Program-made: the position numbers and the translations under genes
Origin: the human T2T-CHM13v2.0 reference genome, Homo sapiens
Assembly: GCF_009914755.1 (NCBI RefSeq)
Contig: NC_060947.1
Direction: 5' to 3' (one strand)
DNA length: 64,000 nt
Shown here: piece by piece, positions 18,358-40,459 of the stretch
How positions within the stretch are numbered: position 1 is the first letter of the stretch
Layout of the letters: every line of letters begins with the position of its first letter
Notes under the pieces: generated by a model
Told to the model about the DNA's origin: nothing
Seen by the model: only the letters and a program-made list of their open reading frames with translations
Databases searched by the model: none

Positions 18358-19305
18358 AAAAAATGGGGCAAAGACTTTAAGAGACATCTCACTAAAAAAA
18401 TATGCTGATGGAAAATAAGTACATGACAATATGTTCCACACCATATAACAACAGAGAAATGTAAATAAAAACAACAATGAGATACCACTGCACACCTATT
18501 AGAATGGCCAAAATCCAGAACACTAACACCACCAAATATCAGTGCAGACGTGGAGCACCAGGAACTCTCATTCATTGCTGATAAGAATGCAAAATGGTAC
18601 AATCACTCTGGAAAACAGTTTGGCAGTTTTTACAAAACTAAACATCCTCTTGCCACACAATCCAACAATCATGAAACTTGATATTTATTTATTTAAAGGA
18701 GTTGAACATTTATATCCACACAAAAACCTGCACACAAATGTTTACAATTGCTTTACTCATAATTGCTAAAACTTAGAACAACCACGATGAATGGATAGAG
18801 TGATACATTCAGACAACAGAATATTATTCTGCACTAAACAGAAATAAACTGTAAAACCATGAAAACACATGAAGGAAACTTAAATGAATATGACTCAGTG
18901 AAAGAAGACAATCTGAAAAGGTTACCTACTGTATGATTCTAACTGTATGATATTCTGGGAAAGGCAAAACTATAGACATAGTAAAAAAGATTAGTGGTTT
19001 CCAGGGGTTGGGGGGAAGGAAGGAAGAATAAGTGGAATATGGAGGATTTTTATGGCCCCAAAGCAACTCTATATGGTACTATAATATTGAATATATGTTA
19101 CCATACATTTATCCAAACCCACAGAATGCATAACACCAAGTGTAAATCCTATTGGACTTTGGCTGATAATGATGTGTCTATGTAGGTTTCTCTGTTATAA
19201 CAAATGTACCACTCTGGTAGGAGACGTTGATAATGGGTGAGGCTATGCATGAGTGAGAGAAAGAGATATAATGGGAACCTCTGTACTCTCTGCCCAGTCT
19301 TGCTA
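18358..19305 (+). mobile_element. Ancient L1M (L1MD/L1MC-like) ORF2 end and 3'UTR, host element part 3
   Basis: Continues the L1M frame from 11384 (aaaaatggggcaaagact); L1MC/MD-type 3'UTR motif aacaaatgtaccactctgg. Confidence 0.75.
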
Positions 19306-19959
19306 ATTCCCTCTATTTTCACCAAAGGGAGAGGAAATGACTTAAGTTCAACAAAACAGAAGTTATTTGTTAAGATTTTCATCTTTGAGTAAGTAGAAAA
19401 CTCTGCTGCTGTACTCCATGGGGCCTCCATCTTGCGGCTTAGCAATAGGTCCTGCCTCCTTAATTCCAGACAATTTTCCAAGCCTGATCCTCTAACAAGC
19501 CATTGATTGTCTGAGCTCATGATGATCTTCCAATAAGCTCCCTTTTTCCTTAAGACCATCACAGCCAATTTCTTTCTGGAAATCGAGAACCTTGACTGAC
19601 TTATCTTTATTGGATGACCATGCCAACGTGCCTTATTTCCTTCTCCCTTCTCCCTAGAGCTTCATTTTCATGAAGATACTAACACAAATTCACATATAAT
19701 TATATTCTTCCTTTCATTGGTCATTGCTGTTGCATGAGCAAAACTGTAGATTTTTATAACTAGAAAAAATTACATGTATCACTTTGTTTAATACTTTTAC
19801 TTTAAGGAAAGGAAACTGAAACCCAGAAAGATGTTGAATCCAGTATCCCAGTTTCTACAACCCTCATCTCTTGATTCTCAGTCTACACCATTATGTCTCT
19901 TTGCGTCTGTATAGACTCCTTGAGGGAGTCCTAATTAAATAGCTCCAAAATGTCTTTAA

Positions 19960-20403
<444 letters not shown>

Positions 20404-20848
20404 TGCACTTACTTCTTTTGAAAAATTTTTCAAATGCAAAACAATACTGAGAAATGAACAATTAATAATATTTCCACCACTCAGAGTTAATAACTACTAT
20501 CCCATTGTAGTATTTACTTGTAATCTTTTTATTTTTAAAACATAGAAAAAGGCACATAAAAATTAAAACTTCCTTTAAGAACTACCCCCTTTCCTATTGC
20601 ACTCATTTACTGCCAAGGGGAAACTATTGTGTATAACTTTCTAGTTCATTTTCTATACAAACATATTCTATCTATAACAAATATTTAACATTGTGTTATT
20701 ACATGTTTTAAATGTACATAAAACATGGTGTTTTGCATTTTATGACTTCACTCAGTGTTTTGCATTTGAGGTATACCCATGTTGATATAGCTCTACTCCA
20801 TTCTCTTTAGTTGCTAAATTTTATCTTACCCTAGAAATAAGGTTTCTT

Positions 20849-26999
<6,151 letters not shown>

Positions 27000-27619
27000 A
27001 AATAAGGTTTCTTATGAGTAAAGGTTTTGTGCTAAGGCTTTATTAGGAAGTGATATCCCAAGGCAGCAAGAGCAAGAAATAAAAGGAAAGCAAAAGAGAG
27101 AAGAAGAGAGTAGGAAAGAAGAAAAGATTGTTTGCTAGCCTTTTTCAACATCTTATTTTTTATTGATATATGTTTGTCCTTGGTGGTATTAATCCCTTTG
27201 TTTCCTGTACAAAGGTTTCCAAGTTTTGTCATCTGGACTATCCAGCAGCTACTGGGGATGCCAGGTCCCATACCTCATTGTGTTACAATTTATCTGAATC
27301 TGAAACTGGTGGCAGAAGCCAGAGACTCCATAGATCCAGCTGGATGAGGCCTGGGAATTGAAGCCACTGCAGTTCCTGGCTCAGCAGGTGCAATGGAGAT
27401 TGTGTCATGCAAACAGGTTCTCCAGTGAGCAAACAGTTAAATGCCCAGCAGGCAGCTAAAAGCAAGGTACATTTAATGAAATGCATAATTAAGGCCTTAT
27501 ACATATTCCATCATATGATAAGATTATATTTGTTTATACATCCTTCCACTGATGGACATTTATGTTGCTTCCATTTGTTTACCATTGCAGAATATGCTGA
27601 AAAATAAACATTTATGTAA

Positions 27620-27855
27620 AATGTAGAATAAGCAAATCACCAGAGACAGAAAGTGGATTAGTTTGTCTAGAGCTGGGGGTGTGTACTGGAAATTATAGAG
27701 CTTATGAATAAATCATGCAGTGTTTCTTTTTGGGGTGAAAAAATATTCTAAAATTGATTTTAACAATAGTTACACAACTCTGAGAATATACTAACAGCCA
27801 TCATATTGTACATTTTAAGTGGGTGAATTATATGGTATGTGAATTATATCACATT
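27620..27855 (+). mobile_element. L1ME/L1MB 3'-end fragment
   Basis: Motifs agagacagaaagtggattag and gggtgaattatatggtatgtgaattatatc. Confidence 0.7.
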
Positions 27856-28034
27856 TTAAAATGATTATTAATTATCATTCTTATTTGAATCTTCCTGATT
27901 ATTAGTGACATTAAACATCTTTTTGTACATGTATGGAGAATCGTACTTCTTCTGTGAGTAGCTTGTTCTTGCTCTTGACCGTTTATCATAATAATTATTA
28001 TTATTCTCTATTTGGAGGAGTTAAAAGAAATATA

Positions 28035-30290
28035 CTCTCTGGGACAACTGGATACCCACATGCAAAAGAAAAAAGTTGTACCTTTATCTCATAACATATA
28101 GAAAAGAACTGAGAATATACTAAAGATCTAAATGGAAGAGCAAAAAATATACAATTCTTAGGAAAAAACATAGGGGTAAATCTTTAAATGATTGGCAATG
28201 GTTTTGTAGATATAACATCGAAAGTACAAACAACAAATAGAGAATCCAGAAATAAATCCATACATCTGTAGTGAACTCATTTTTTACAAAGGTGCCAAGA
28301 ACATACATTGAGGAAAAGACAGTTTCTTCAACAAATGGTGCTGTGAACACTGGATATTCCTATGAAGAAGAATGAAGCTTGATTCTTATCTCTCATCATA
28401 TAGAAAAACAAAGTCAAAATTGATTAAGACTTAAATCTAAGACATGAAACTACGAGAAGAAATCCTTGGGGGAACTGTCCAGGACATTAGTCTGGGCAAA
28501 GATTTATTGAGTAATGCCCTACAAGCATAGGCAACAAAAGAAAAAAAATGTACAAATGGCATCACATCACATTAAAAAGCTTCTGCACAACAAAAGAAAA
28601 AAATCAACAAAATGAAGAGACAATTTGAATATATAAGTTTTAGCTCCTTATATATTCTGATTATTAATCCCTTGTCAAATCAATAGTTTATGATCATTTT
28701 CTCCCAAATGGGAGAAAAAAATCTAATAATACAATTTAAAAATAGGCAAATATTTTTCAAAAGAAGATGTCCAAATGGCAAACAGGTATACAAAAAGTTG
28801 CTCAACATCATTGATCATCAGACAAATGCAAATCAAAACTACAATGAGATATCATCTCACCCCAGTTAAAATGGCTTATTTCCAAAAGACAGGCAATAAC
28901 AAATGCTGGCAAAGATGTGGAGAAAGGGAAAACCTCATATACTATTGTGGGTACATAAATCAGTACAACCACTGGGGAGAACAGTATGAAGGTTTTTCAA
29001 AAAACTAAAATTAGAATGATCATATGATTCAGCAATACCACTGTTAGGTATATACCCAAAAGAAAGAAAATCAATGTATCAAAGACATGTGTATCCCCGT
29101 GTTTATTCCAGCACTATTCACAATAGCCAAGATTTGGAATCAGCCTAAGTATCCATCAACAGACAAAAGAATAAAGAAAATATGGTACATATATACAATG
29201 GAGTACTATTAAGCCATAAAAAAGAATGAGATCCTGCCATTTGTAATAGGATGCACAGAACTAAAGGAAATTATGTTGACAGAAATAAGTGAGGCACAGA
29301 AAGACAAACTTAGCATGTTCTCACCCATTTTGGAAAGCTAAAAATTAAAACAATTGAACTCATGGAGATAGAGAGTAGAATGATGGTTACCAAAGGCTAA
29401 GAAGGATAGTAGGGAGGCAAGTGGGGACTGTTAATGGGTACAAAAATATACTTAGAGGGAATTAATAAAATCTAATATTTGATAGCACAACAGATGACTA
29501 TAATTAACAATTTGTTGTACATTTTAAAATAACTAAAAGAGTACAATTAGAATGTTTGTAACACAAAGAAAGGATAAATTCTTGCAGTGATTGATACCCC
29601 ATTTACCACAATGTGATGATTACATATTGAATGCTTGTATCAAAATATCTCATGTACTCCATAATTATATACAGCTACTTTGTACCCATACATTTTTAAA
29701 GTATAAGCAAAATAAAAAATAGACAAATTGGACTTTATTTAAATTAAAAATATTTGTGAATCAAAGGACACTATCAGGAAAGTGAAAACAACATGCAAAA
29801 TTAGATAAAGTATTTGTAAATCATATATCTGATAAAAGTATAATATTTAGAATATGAAAAGAACTCTCATAACTCAATAGCAAAAAGATAAATGACCCAA
29901 TTAAAAAATAGGCAAAGGGTTTGAATAGATGTTTCTCCAAAGAAGATACGCAAATGGCCAACAAGCACATGAAAAGGTGCTCAATATCTTTAATCATTAA
30001 GGAAATGTAAACCAAAATCACCACAAGATACCACTTCACACCTACAATAATGACTAAAATAAAAACAACAGAAAATAACAAGATTGACAAGGATGTGGAG
30101 ATATTGGAACCCCCTTACATTGCTGGTTAGAATATAAAATGTTTGTAACTGTTCTGCAAATAATTTGGTCATTCCTCAAAGTGTAACATGGAATTACCAT
30201 TCTATCCAGTCATTCCATTCCTAGGTTTAAACTCAAAATAATAGAAAACATATGTTCAAATAAAAACATGTATACAACTGGTCATACAGC
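28035..30290 (+). mobile_element. L1MB-like ORF2 3' fragment with a nested L1MA 3' element (about 28240-29715)
   Basis: ORF 28775-29008 [15 protein letters not shown]; L1MA-type 3'UTR 29330-29700; a second ORF2 C-terminal copy follows at 29715-30290. Confidence 0.8.
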
Positions 30291-30299
30291 AATATGAAG

Positions 30300-32170
30300 A
30301 GATGGTGGAGCCCGATGGCAACATAGATCTTTCAAGAGATTATCTGCCCACAAAAATATCAGTTTGAACAACAAAAAAAGTACTTTCAAAGGTACAGAAG
30401 AAACTAAGTGAAAGATCACAATACTTGAGTATAGCACAGAAATAAGAAAAGATTCATTGGAGATGATAGGAAGGAATTTTACATTACCCGCATCACCCCT
30501 CCCCCAACTTCAGGCAGCATAGCATGGAGAGAGATAACATTTGCTTGGAATAAATACAGGGAAATGAGCAAAGGACTTTGCCTTGCACCCCAATACTGAG
30601 TCTGCATAGTAAAACCCAGCACTGGACAGGCTTCTACAGCTTCAGACTTGATAGAAGAACCTGTGGACTGAGCCGTCAGACCTTTTCTAATTCCAGGAAG
30701 TACCCCACAGCCCCATACTTCAGACCTACACAGTGGACTTGATCTCCTGCTCACACCACGGCTATGTCAACGTCAGTCTCCTTGGGCTCTAGACAGGCCT
30801 CAGCAACAGGCCAGCCCCAATATCCCCAGGCTTCAGATCTGCCTCAGGACTGCACTGACACCAACAGCAATAAGCTTTAGGCCCACTGCCGAACCTCACC
30901 AGCCCTTCATGCCCTAGGCTTCAAGCCCTCCTCAGCACCATGAAGCCCCAACAGAAACAGTCTTTAGGCTGAGTTCCAGGGATACAGACTTCAGGCCAAT
31001 TCCAGGAAACCAAATCAACAGGCCAACCAAAGTGGATCCAGGATCCAGGCCCTCCCACCTGCTGATCCAAGCATGAGGTAATCCAGCCCAAAGAATCCAG
31101 TGGCAAGCCCACCCATGGACCATACCAGACAGCCTTCCCAGAATACCTAGACAAGCTGACTGTTGAGGGGCTTTCCCAGACAATGCCAGTCTGCAAAGAC
31201 TGGAATAAGTATATGCTTCTTCATATGTTTACACACCAATGCAGGGCCACAAGGGTCAAGAACTATCAGGGAAATATCACCAAAAGGACAAAATAAAATA
31301 CCAATGACCAGCCCTAAATAAATTGAGATGTATAAACTGCATGATAAAAAATTTAAAATAACTTGTTTAAGGAAGCCCTACAAACTTCAATAAAGTACAG
31401 ATAAATGATTCAATGAAATGATAAAGACAATGTATTACCAGAATTAGGAAGTTAACAGAGATTGAAATAATAAAAAATTGGATATTCTCAAGTTTAAAAT
31501 ACAATGAACAAAATGAATAATGCAAGAGAGAGCACTGACAGCAGGACTGATCAAGCAGAAGAAATAATCTGTGAACTCAGACAGGTTATTTGAAAATATA
31601 TAGTAAGAGAAGAAAAAAGAAATGAAAAGGAATGGAGAATAAAAGAGTTATAAGACTGCATGAAAAGACCAAATTTTTGAGTCATAGGAGTTTAAGAAGG
31701 AGAAGAGAAAGATAAAGGGGTAGAAAAATTGCTTAATGAAATAATAGCAAAAACTTTTCAAATCTGTAGAATGATATAAATATCCAGATACAGGAAGGTC
31801 AATGGTCTTTAATCAGTCAATTCAAACAAAACTACTCCAAGACATATTGTAATCAAACCCTCAAAAATCAAAGACAAGATCCTGAAATCAACAAGAGCAA
31901 AGAAGCATATCACATATAAGGGAGTTCCAACAGGCTAACAGTAGTTTTCTCAGCAGAAACTTTAATAAGCCAGGAGAGAATGGGATGATATATTCAAAGT
32001 GCTGAGGGGGAAAAAAAAAAAAAAAAAAAAATCTGTCAAACAAGAATACTTTACCCAGCAACACTGTCCTTCGGATATCGAGGAGCATTAAAGATGTCTT
32101 CAGACAAAGAAAAGCTGAGGGAGGTTGTCCTCACCAGGCTTGTCTTAGAAGAAATGCTAAAGGGATATTT
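30300..32170 (+). mobile_element. Old L1M 5'UTR and ORF1 remnant
   Basis: Degenerate ORF1 motifs (gccaggagagaatgggatgatatattcaaagtgctg; tcttagaagaaatgctaaaggga). Confidence 0.7.
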
Positions 32171-32171
32171 T

Positions 32172-35100
32172 TTAAGCCGAGTTATATTCCATTGCTGTCA
32201 GAGAAGATGCTTCATATTATTTCAATTTTTTGAACATTTCAAGACTTGTTTTGTGACTGAACATTTGGTGTATCCTTGAGAATTATCCACGTGCTGAGGG
32301 AAACAATGTGTATTCTCCAGCTCTTGAATGAAATGTTCTGTAAATATCTATTAACTCCATTTGGTCTAGACTGCATAATAAGTGTAATGTTTCTTTGTTG
32401 ATTTTCTGCCTGGAAGATCTGTGGAATGCTGAAGGTGGAATATTGAGGTCTCCAGTTATTATCATATTGGGGCCTATCTTTCTCTTTAACTCTAATAATA
32501 TTTCCTTTGTACATCTATTTCCTCCAATGTTGAGTGCATATATATTTAAAACTGTTATATACTCTTGCTGAGCTGACCCCTTTATTATTATATAGTGACG
32601 TTTGTCTTCTTATAGTTTTTGTCTTGAAATCTATTTTATCTAATATAAGTATAGTGCCTCCTGCTCTTTTTTGTCTTCCATTTTCATGGATTTTTTTTTT
32701 GTATCCCTCTGTTTCTAGTCTATGTGTGTCTTTATAGGTGAAGTGTCTTTCTTGTGGGCAACAAATCAATGAGCTTGTTTTTTCACCCCTCAGCCAGTCT
32801 GTCTTTTGATAGGAGAGTTTATTTCACTTACATTTGATGTATTATTGATATATAAGCACTTACTCCTGCCGTTCTTCATTTGTTTTCTCTTGTTTTGTGG
32901 ACTTTTCCTCTTTGCTTTTTTCATTCCTGTCTTCTTCTAGTGAAGATTATTTTCTCTGGGGATATGATGTAGTTTTCTGCTTTTTATTTTTTATGTATCT
33001 ATTTTATGTTTGCATGTTTGATGTTGCCATGAGGATTGCAAATGCTATCTTATAATCCATTATTTTAACCTGATAACAACTTAACACTATGCATAAACAA
33101 ACAGAAAACTAATAAAAGCTTCCTTAACTTTGTCCTCTCACTTTTAAACTTTTTATTGTGTCTATTTATATCTTTTTGTACTGATTATGTCTTGAAAAGT
33201 TGTTGTAGTTACTATTCTTGATTGTTTTTATCATTTCTACTTAGGATAAGAGCAGTTTACACACAGTTACAGTGTTATACTATTCTGTGATTTTCTGTGT
33301 ACTCACTGTTACCAGGAAGTTTTGTACCTTCAGGTGATTATTGTCCATTAATGTCTTTTTCTTTCTGATTGAAGTACTCCCTTTAGCATTTCTTGTAGAA
33401 CACGTTTGGTGTTGATGAAACCCCTCAGCTTTTGTTTGTCTGGGATAGTCTTTATTTCTCCCTCATATTTGAAGGATATTTTCAATGGATATACTATTCT
33501 AAGGTAAAAGGTATTTTCCTTCAGCCCTTTAAATATGTCATGTCACTCTCTCCTGGCCTGTAAGGTTCCCACTATGTCATATCACCCTCTTCTGGCCTGT
33601 AAGGTTCCCACTGAAAACTTTGCTGCCGGACATATTGGAGCTCCATTGTACATTATTTGTTTATTTTCTCTTGCTGCTTTTAGAACCTTTTCTTTATCCT
33701 TGACTTTGTGAGTCTGATTATTAAATGCCTTGAGGTAGTCATCTTTGTTAAATCTGCTTGGTGTTCTATAACCTTTTTGTACTTGGATATTGATATCTTT
33801 CTCTAGGTTTAGGAAGTCCTCTGTTATTATCCCTTTGAATAAGCTTTCTACCCACATCTCTTCTGTACTTCCTCTTTAAGGCCAATTACTCTTAGATTTG
33901 CCATTTTGATACTATTTTCTAGGTCCTGTAGGTGGGCTTCATGGTTTTGTTTTTTCTGTTGTCTCCTTTGACTGTGTATTTTCAAATAGCCTGCATTCAA
34001 GCTCACCAATCCTTTATTATGCTTGATCAATTCTGCTATTGAAGGACTTACTGTTATTAAAGCCTCACCCTGTAGCCACAGTCACTCTTGGCCAAGAGGA
34101 GTATAGCCAGACTACCACCAATGTTCCCCTAACGCCCAAGGTTTCTTAAGTCAGCTTGTGGTGAATGCTGCCTCACCTGGGACTCACCCTTCAGGGCAAT
34201 GGGCTCCCCTCTGGCCCAGGGCAGGTCCAAAAATGCCATCTAAGAGTCAAGTTTTGGAATTGGAGACCCCAAGAGCCCACTTGTTGCTCTATCCCCCTGT
34301 GGTGTTGTTGGTACCTGAAGCCAACATGCCTCAGAGGCTCACCCGAGGCCCTCAACATTATACTTGAGTATTGCTTTGCTGGTTTTCCAGGGACCAAGAG
34401 CTCTTCAGTTATCAGGGGATCAATACTGCCAGAACGTGGCCCTTCCCTTCGTGGCAACAGGTTCCCTTCTGTCCCAGGGTATGTCTAGAAACATCTGGGA
34501 GCTAGGTTCTGGAACAGGGGCCTCATGACTCTGACCAGTGCCCTAGCCCTACCCTGCTGTGGCTAAGCTGGTATCCAAGATGCAAGACAAAGTCCTCCCC
34601 ACGATTTCCTCTCCTCTCCTCAAGGAAAGAAGGGTATCTTTTGGAGTCACAAGCTGTGCAGCCTGAGGTTAGGGGAGAGATTACATCAGCATTCCCTTGG
34701 CTGCCCCAGCTGGTGTCTCAGTATGTACCCCCTCACTCCCCCTACCCCAGTTTACAGTCTCTGGGTCTAGTTCATTTCATCCCTAGGACTCGTCTAAGTG
34801 TTGCAGTCTTTATGGCCTAGAATGCCTTTCAAGTTTACTTAGAGACCAAAAGCACTTTGGCCCTCCATGGTGAGGTTTGTGGGCACTCAAGTTTGGACAA
34901 CTGGGATTGGCAATTCTCCTCTGTCTAAGGCCAGTCTAAATGGTCCCTCTGTGGGTGGACATCAGGTGAGTTTGACTTGGTTTTCCTTTCTGCTGTAGCA
35001 GTATGGCACTGAGTTCAATGACTCGCAATTGTTGTGTTCTCCCTCCCCCAGTGCCCAGAGATGTTCTCCACACAATGCTGTAGCTTGTGGGTATGGGGGA

Positions 35101-35305
35101 TGGGTGGCATTGGCTATTCAGGACTGTTTTTTTTGGTCTCTTCAGTGGCCCTTTCAATCACATGAAGTTAGAACTAGGTATTTTAAGTCCTCACCTGATT
35201 TTTGGCTCTTACAAAGGCATCTTTTTCTGTGTAGTTCGGTATTAACTTGGTGTCCTTGTGAGGGGGATGATCAGTGGAGCTTTATATTTTTCCATCTTGT
35301 TCCAC
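32172..35305 (-). mobile_element. 5' half of an L1MA1-3-type element (5'UTR, ORF1, ORF2 endonuclease start)
   Basis: Minus ORFs 32283-32769 (EN-like) and 33582-34030 (ORF1-like); 5' end reads ggaacaagatgg on the minus strand. Confidence 0.8.
33535..33612. repeat. 39-bp tandem duplication
   Basis: atgtcatgtcactctctcctggcctgtaaggttcccact x2 with 3 mismatches. Confidence 0.9.
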
Positions 35306-35319
35306 ATCACTTCCATCTA

Positions 35320-36120
35320 CAATAATTTTTAACATACACACAATATAAAAATACATGAAATTTGACATAAAAAATCCAAAATACTTGTGTTGGGGAGTGA
35401 AGTAATACTGTGGATGATATTTTTGTTATACAAATTAACTATAAAAGTTAAGTTGTTATCTTAAAATAACCTGTTATAACTATAAGATGACATGTAAGCT
35501 TTATGGTAACCACAAAAAAGTCTTAGAGTACATACAGAAAAAAATTAAAGTAGAGACCAAAACATACAACTAGAGAAAAATCACTTAACCACAACGGAAG
35601 GCAGCAAAGAAGGAAGAAATAAACAAAGGATCTACAAAGCAATTAGAAAACAATTAATAAAATGGCAGAAATAAGTTCTTACCTATTAATAATTACCCTG
35701 AATATAATAGATTAAACTCTGCAATCAAAATATGTAGAGTGGCTGAATGAATAAATAAGACCCAATGACATGCTACCTACAAGACATTCATATTACCTGT
35801 AAAGACACACTTAAAGTGAATGGACAGCAAAATACATTCCATGCAAATAGAAACCAAAAGGACACAAGAATAGCTAAACTTATATAAAATAATTGTAAGA
35901 AAAGACAATAAAAGTCATTACAGAATGATAACGGTGTTCCTTCAGCAAGAAGATATGAAAATATATAAATATATATGCACCCAACATCAAAAAACCTAAA
36001 TATATAAAGCAAATATTATTGTGTTGGAAGGGAGAGATAGACAGAGATATAATAATAGTAGGGAACTTCAACACCCCACTTTCAATAATAGAATGATCAT
36101 CCAGACAGAACATCAATAAG
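35320..36120 (+). mobile_element. Old L1M inter-ORF and ORF2 endonuclease fragment
   Basis: Motifs atatatgcacccaacatc and gggaacttcaacaccccactttca (NIYAPN / GNFNTPL). Confidence 0.75.
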
Positions 36121-36424
36121 ATAAATGAAATAAGACAGGGTCCAGTGATATACCCACATATAGATATTAAATAAAATTACCAAGGAAATTCAATGGAAAA
36201 TGGACAGTCTTTTCAACAAGTGGTGCTAGAACAACTGGATATACATAAGGAAAACTATCATTTACATTTCAGCCAGGATTTCAAATTAATTCACATAAAG
36301 TTATATGTAGTATTGTTTTATAATTTCATAACTTCATCTGGATTTGCAGTTTTTCTTTTGATTTGTGATTTACTTATTTATACCTTCTCTTTTACTTTCC
36401 TTGACCATGCATATTGAAATTTAG

Positions 36425-37707
<1,283 letters not shown>

Positions 37708-38294
37708 AGAATTTTTATAGCTATATTGTCGAGTGTGTAGAAAGCTTTTGATAACAGCATATGAAGATTCTGAAAAAAGCAATTCACAGGGCACAGAAGA
37801 AAGCACAATAGAGTGGATAAGTAAAAATATTTAGAGAGACGAATGTTCCCTAAAGATAGAGAGGATCACTTCAGATTAGTCAGGGGGCTTGCAATATAAA
37901 AATAAAGGAAAGAGTGAGTCAAGGTTTTGAGAACAAGGTAAAGTCCTGAAGTCTGTGGAAAATTACTGATTCACATAACTCAGGGGCAAGGAAGATACAG
38001 GGCCACAAATGGCCGGGTTCTGTTTCTCATGGAGCAGAGAACAGTGAAGAACATGAGCTGCTTAGAAGGCCAGGTGAAACAGGTATCAGATTATGGGGTT
38101 AGAAAGCCTGATAGTGAATAAACTTGGGGGCAGGGAGAAGTAGGGAGGTGCAAGAAGAAGCATGTAGGAAATGAAGATTTTGTCAGTGTTCCCTTACAAT
38201 ATGGAAAGTAGTTGATATGGCAAGAAGCTTGTAAGTTTGCCACAGCCAGAAGGAAATCAGTGACTAAGAGATGTCAGATAATAATTTAAAAATT

Positions 38295-38475
38295 AACATT
38301 TAGTGAATAATTGACATTGTTTCAAGTGTTCCACACATATGACTCATTTTATCTTTAGAGCAACTCTACAGTTATGGTCTCTTTCCTATAAATGAGTAAG
38401 ATGAGTCTTAGATTGAGTAATTTACCCACGGTTACCCATTTAGTAAAATGACAGAGCTGGGATTTGAGCGTGTTA
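38295..38475 (-). mobile_element. MIR
   Basis: agtaatttacccacggttaccc...gacagagctgggatttga. Confidence 0.65.
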
Positions 38476-39271
38476 GACACTAACTTTGTGTCTATTTTAC
38501 CCTATAGTCCATATGCTATACACAGGGGTGTTTCTCCTTCTTTGCCTTTTTTTTAAATCCTCTTATCTGCTCATTTTTTCTCTTGTAATTCAATAGAAAA
38601 TGTCTTACATATTTTGTTAAATCCAGAGGGTATGAAGGAAGCAAAGAACTCTTCACACAGCTACTGATTTTGGTAAATATTTCTGGTATTCGTGTCTCTG
38701 CAATTTATGGAGGGAATTCCCAATCTGCCATTTTATTTGTTCTGCCCAGACCCCATAAAGCCTCAATAAATGGGCAGTAAGAATGTGTGCCAGTGGGTGG
38801 CAAGAGTCAATGATTAAAAAAAGGGCCATATAGGCCTATTGTAGTTCTGAACAATTCCTGATTTCTGATTCTTTACTATGGATTTATAAAGGTTGTTGTG
38901 TAGTGAATTTTATTTAGAAGTCTTTGGTAATATAAAATGAGTTAAAAATCCTTTTGGAATTAACCTCATTGGAATATGTTTTCAGCAAGTTACGATTCTT
39001 GCACAGGAAATTTCTCATTGCATTCTCATTCATCAAAATACAGAATTTTCATTTCAAGTAGTTACTACTGCAGGCACAGAAAGGAGGTATGCAGCTGGAG
39101 AGTCAGACCTTTAGTGTCTGTGAGCAAAAGCCCAGTATTATAGTCAGAACATGGTATCCATGGTAACTAAACCAGTAGCTTTTTAACTTTTGAACCTATC
39201 AAAATTATTTCTTTAGTTTTCTTTCAATTTCCCCCTCTCCTTTTTTGGTCTATAGTCATAATCATTGTTGA

Positions 39272-39545
<274 letters not shown>

Positions 39546-40219
39546 ATTATTTTGTTATTATACAATAAAAACATTGAATGATTATATTAGATTGGCGTTA
39601 GTATTTCTTATCAAGGGCAAATACATAAATCTTCATTAATCCAGACTCTTGTAATTAATAATCTTTGAGAATTGCAATAAGGTAGGGCTGGGCTAAAGTT
39701 ATGTAGTAGCTAAAGAAAAAAAGGTTTTCCAAGAAATGATTGGAGGTGCACTTTTAAAAGTGTATTCATATACATGTAAATAATTGTTAGACTCACTGCA
39801 GCAAAGCCTTGATTTCTTGGACTGTTCAGGGATGGGAGGTTGTAGTTGATTTACTTTCCTGGTTAACTGAAAGTTAGGCAGAAAACAATTATATGTTCAA
39901 TCCATGTTACAAATTCCTCTGAAAGGTGCTAGTTTGCTTTCCAGCTTTAGAAATAGAGTCTACTGAAGATAACTGGCTCTTTCTTCGATGCCAGAAGATC
40001 CCTGCAGACCCTGAGGCTCATGACTCTGAAAGTCAGTGAGCTTTGTTTGGAACCACATATGTAGCTGCCGAGATGGAGGATGTAGAAGAGAGGGTTCGGT
40101 GTGTGCTGATGCCAAAACATACTCTGAAAGTTTCTTTCATTTTGAAAACAAGTCCCTGATACCAGATTTTTTACCTGAGGCAAAAGGTTGTTTATGTTGA
40201 GAAAGCACAGTACTCCAGC

Positions 40220-40459
40220 TAATAGCACAGGCTCTGGAGTCAGCCTATCTGGACTCTACTTCTTACTACGTGTATAATTTTGAGGAAAGTACCTAATTTT
40301 TGGAAGTCACAGGTTTCCTCATCAGTAAAATGGGTATAATCATTGAATCTACTTCATAAGGTAATTGTGAGAAATAAATGTGACAAAAAATGTAAATGCT
40401 TACAACAAAGTCTGCCTGGTACATAGGAAGTACTCAACAAACTTTAGCTATTGTTATTT
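40220..40459 (+). mobile_element. MIR (MIRb-like)
   Basis: ggctctggagtcag, core tttcctcatcagtaaaatggg, tail gcctggtacatagga. Confidence 0.8.

Noticed and set aside
39935-40045. Possible exon (tttgctttccag ... cagtgagc)
   Set aside because: Splice-like motifs only; no recognisable peptide or partner exons.
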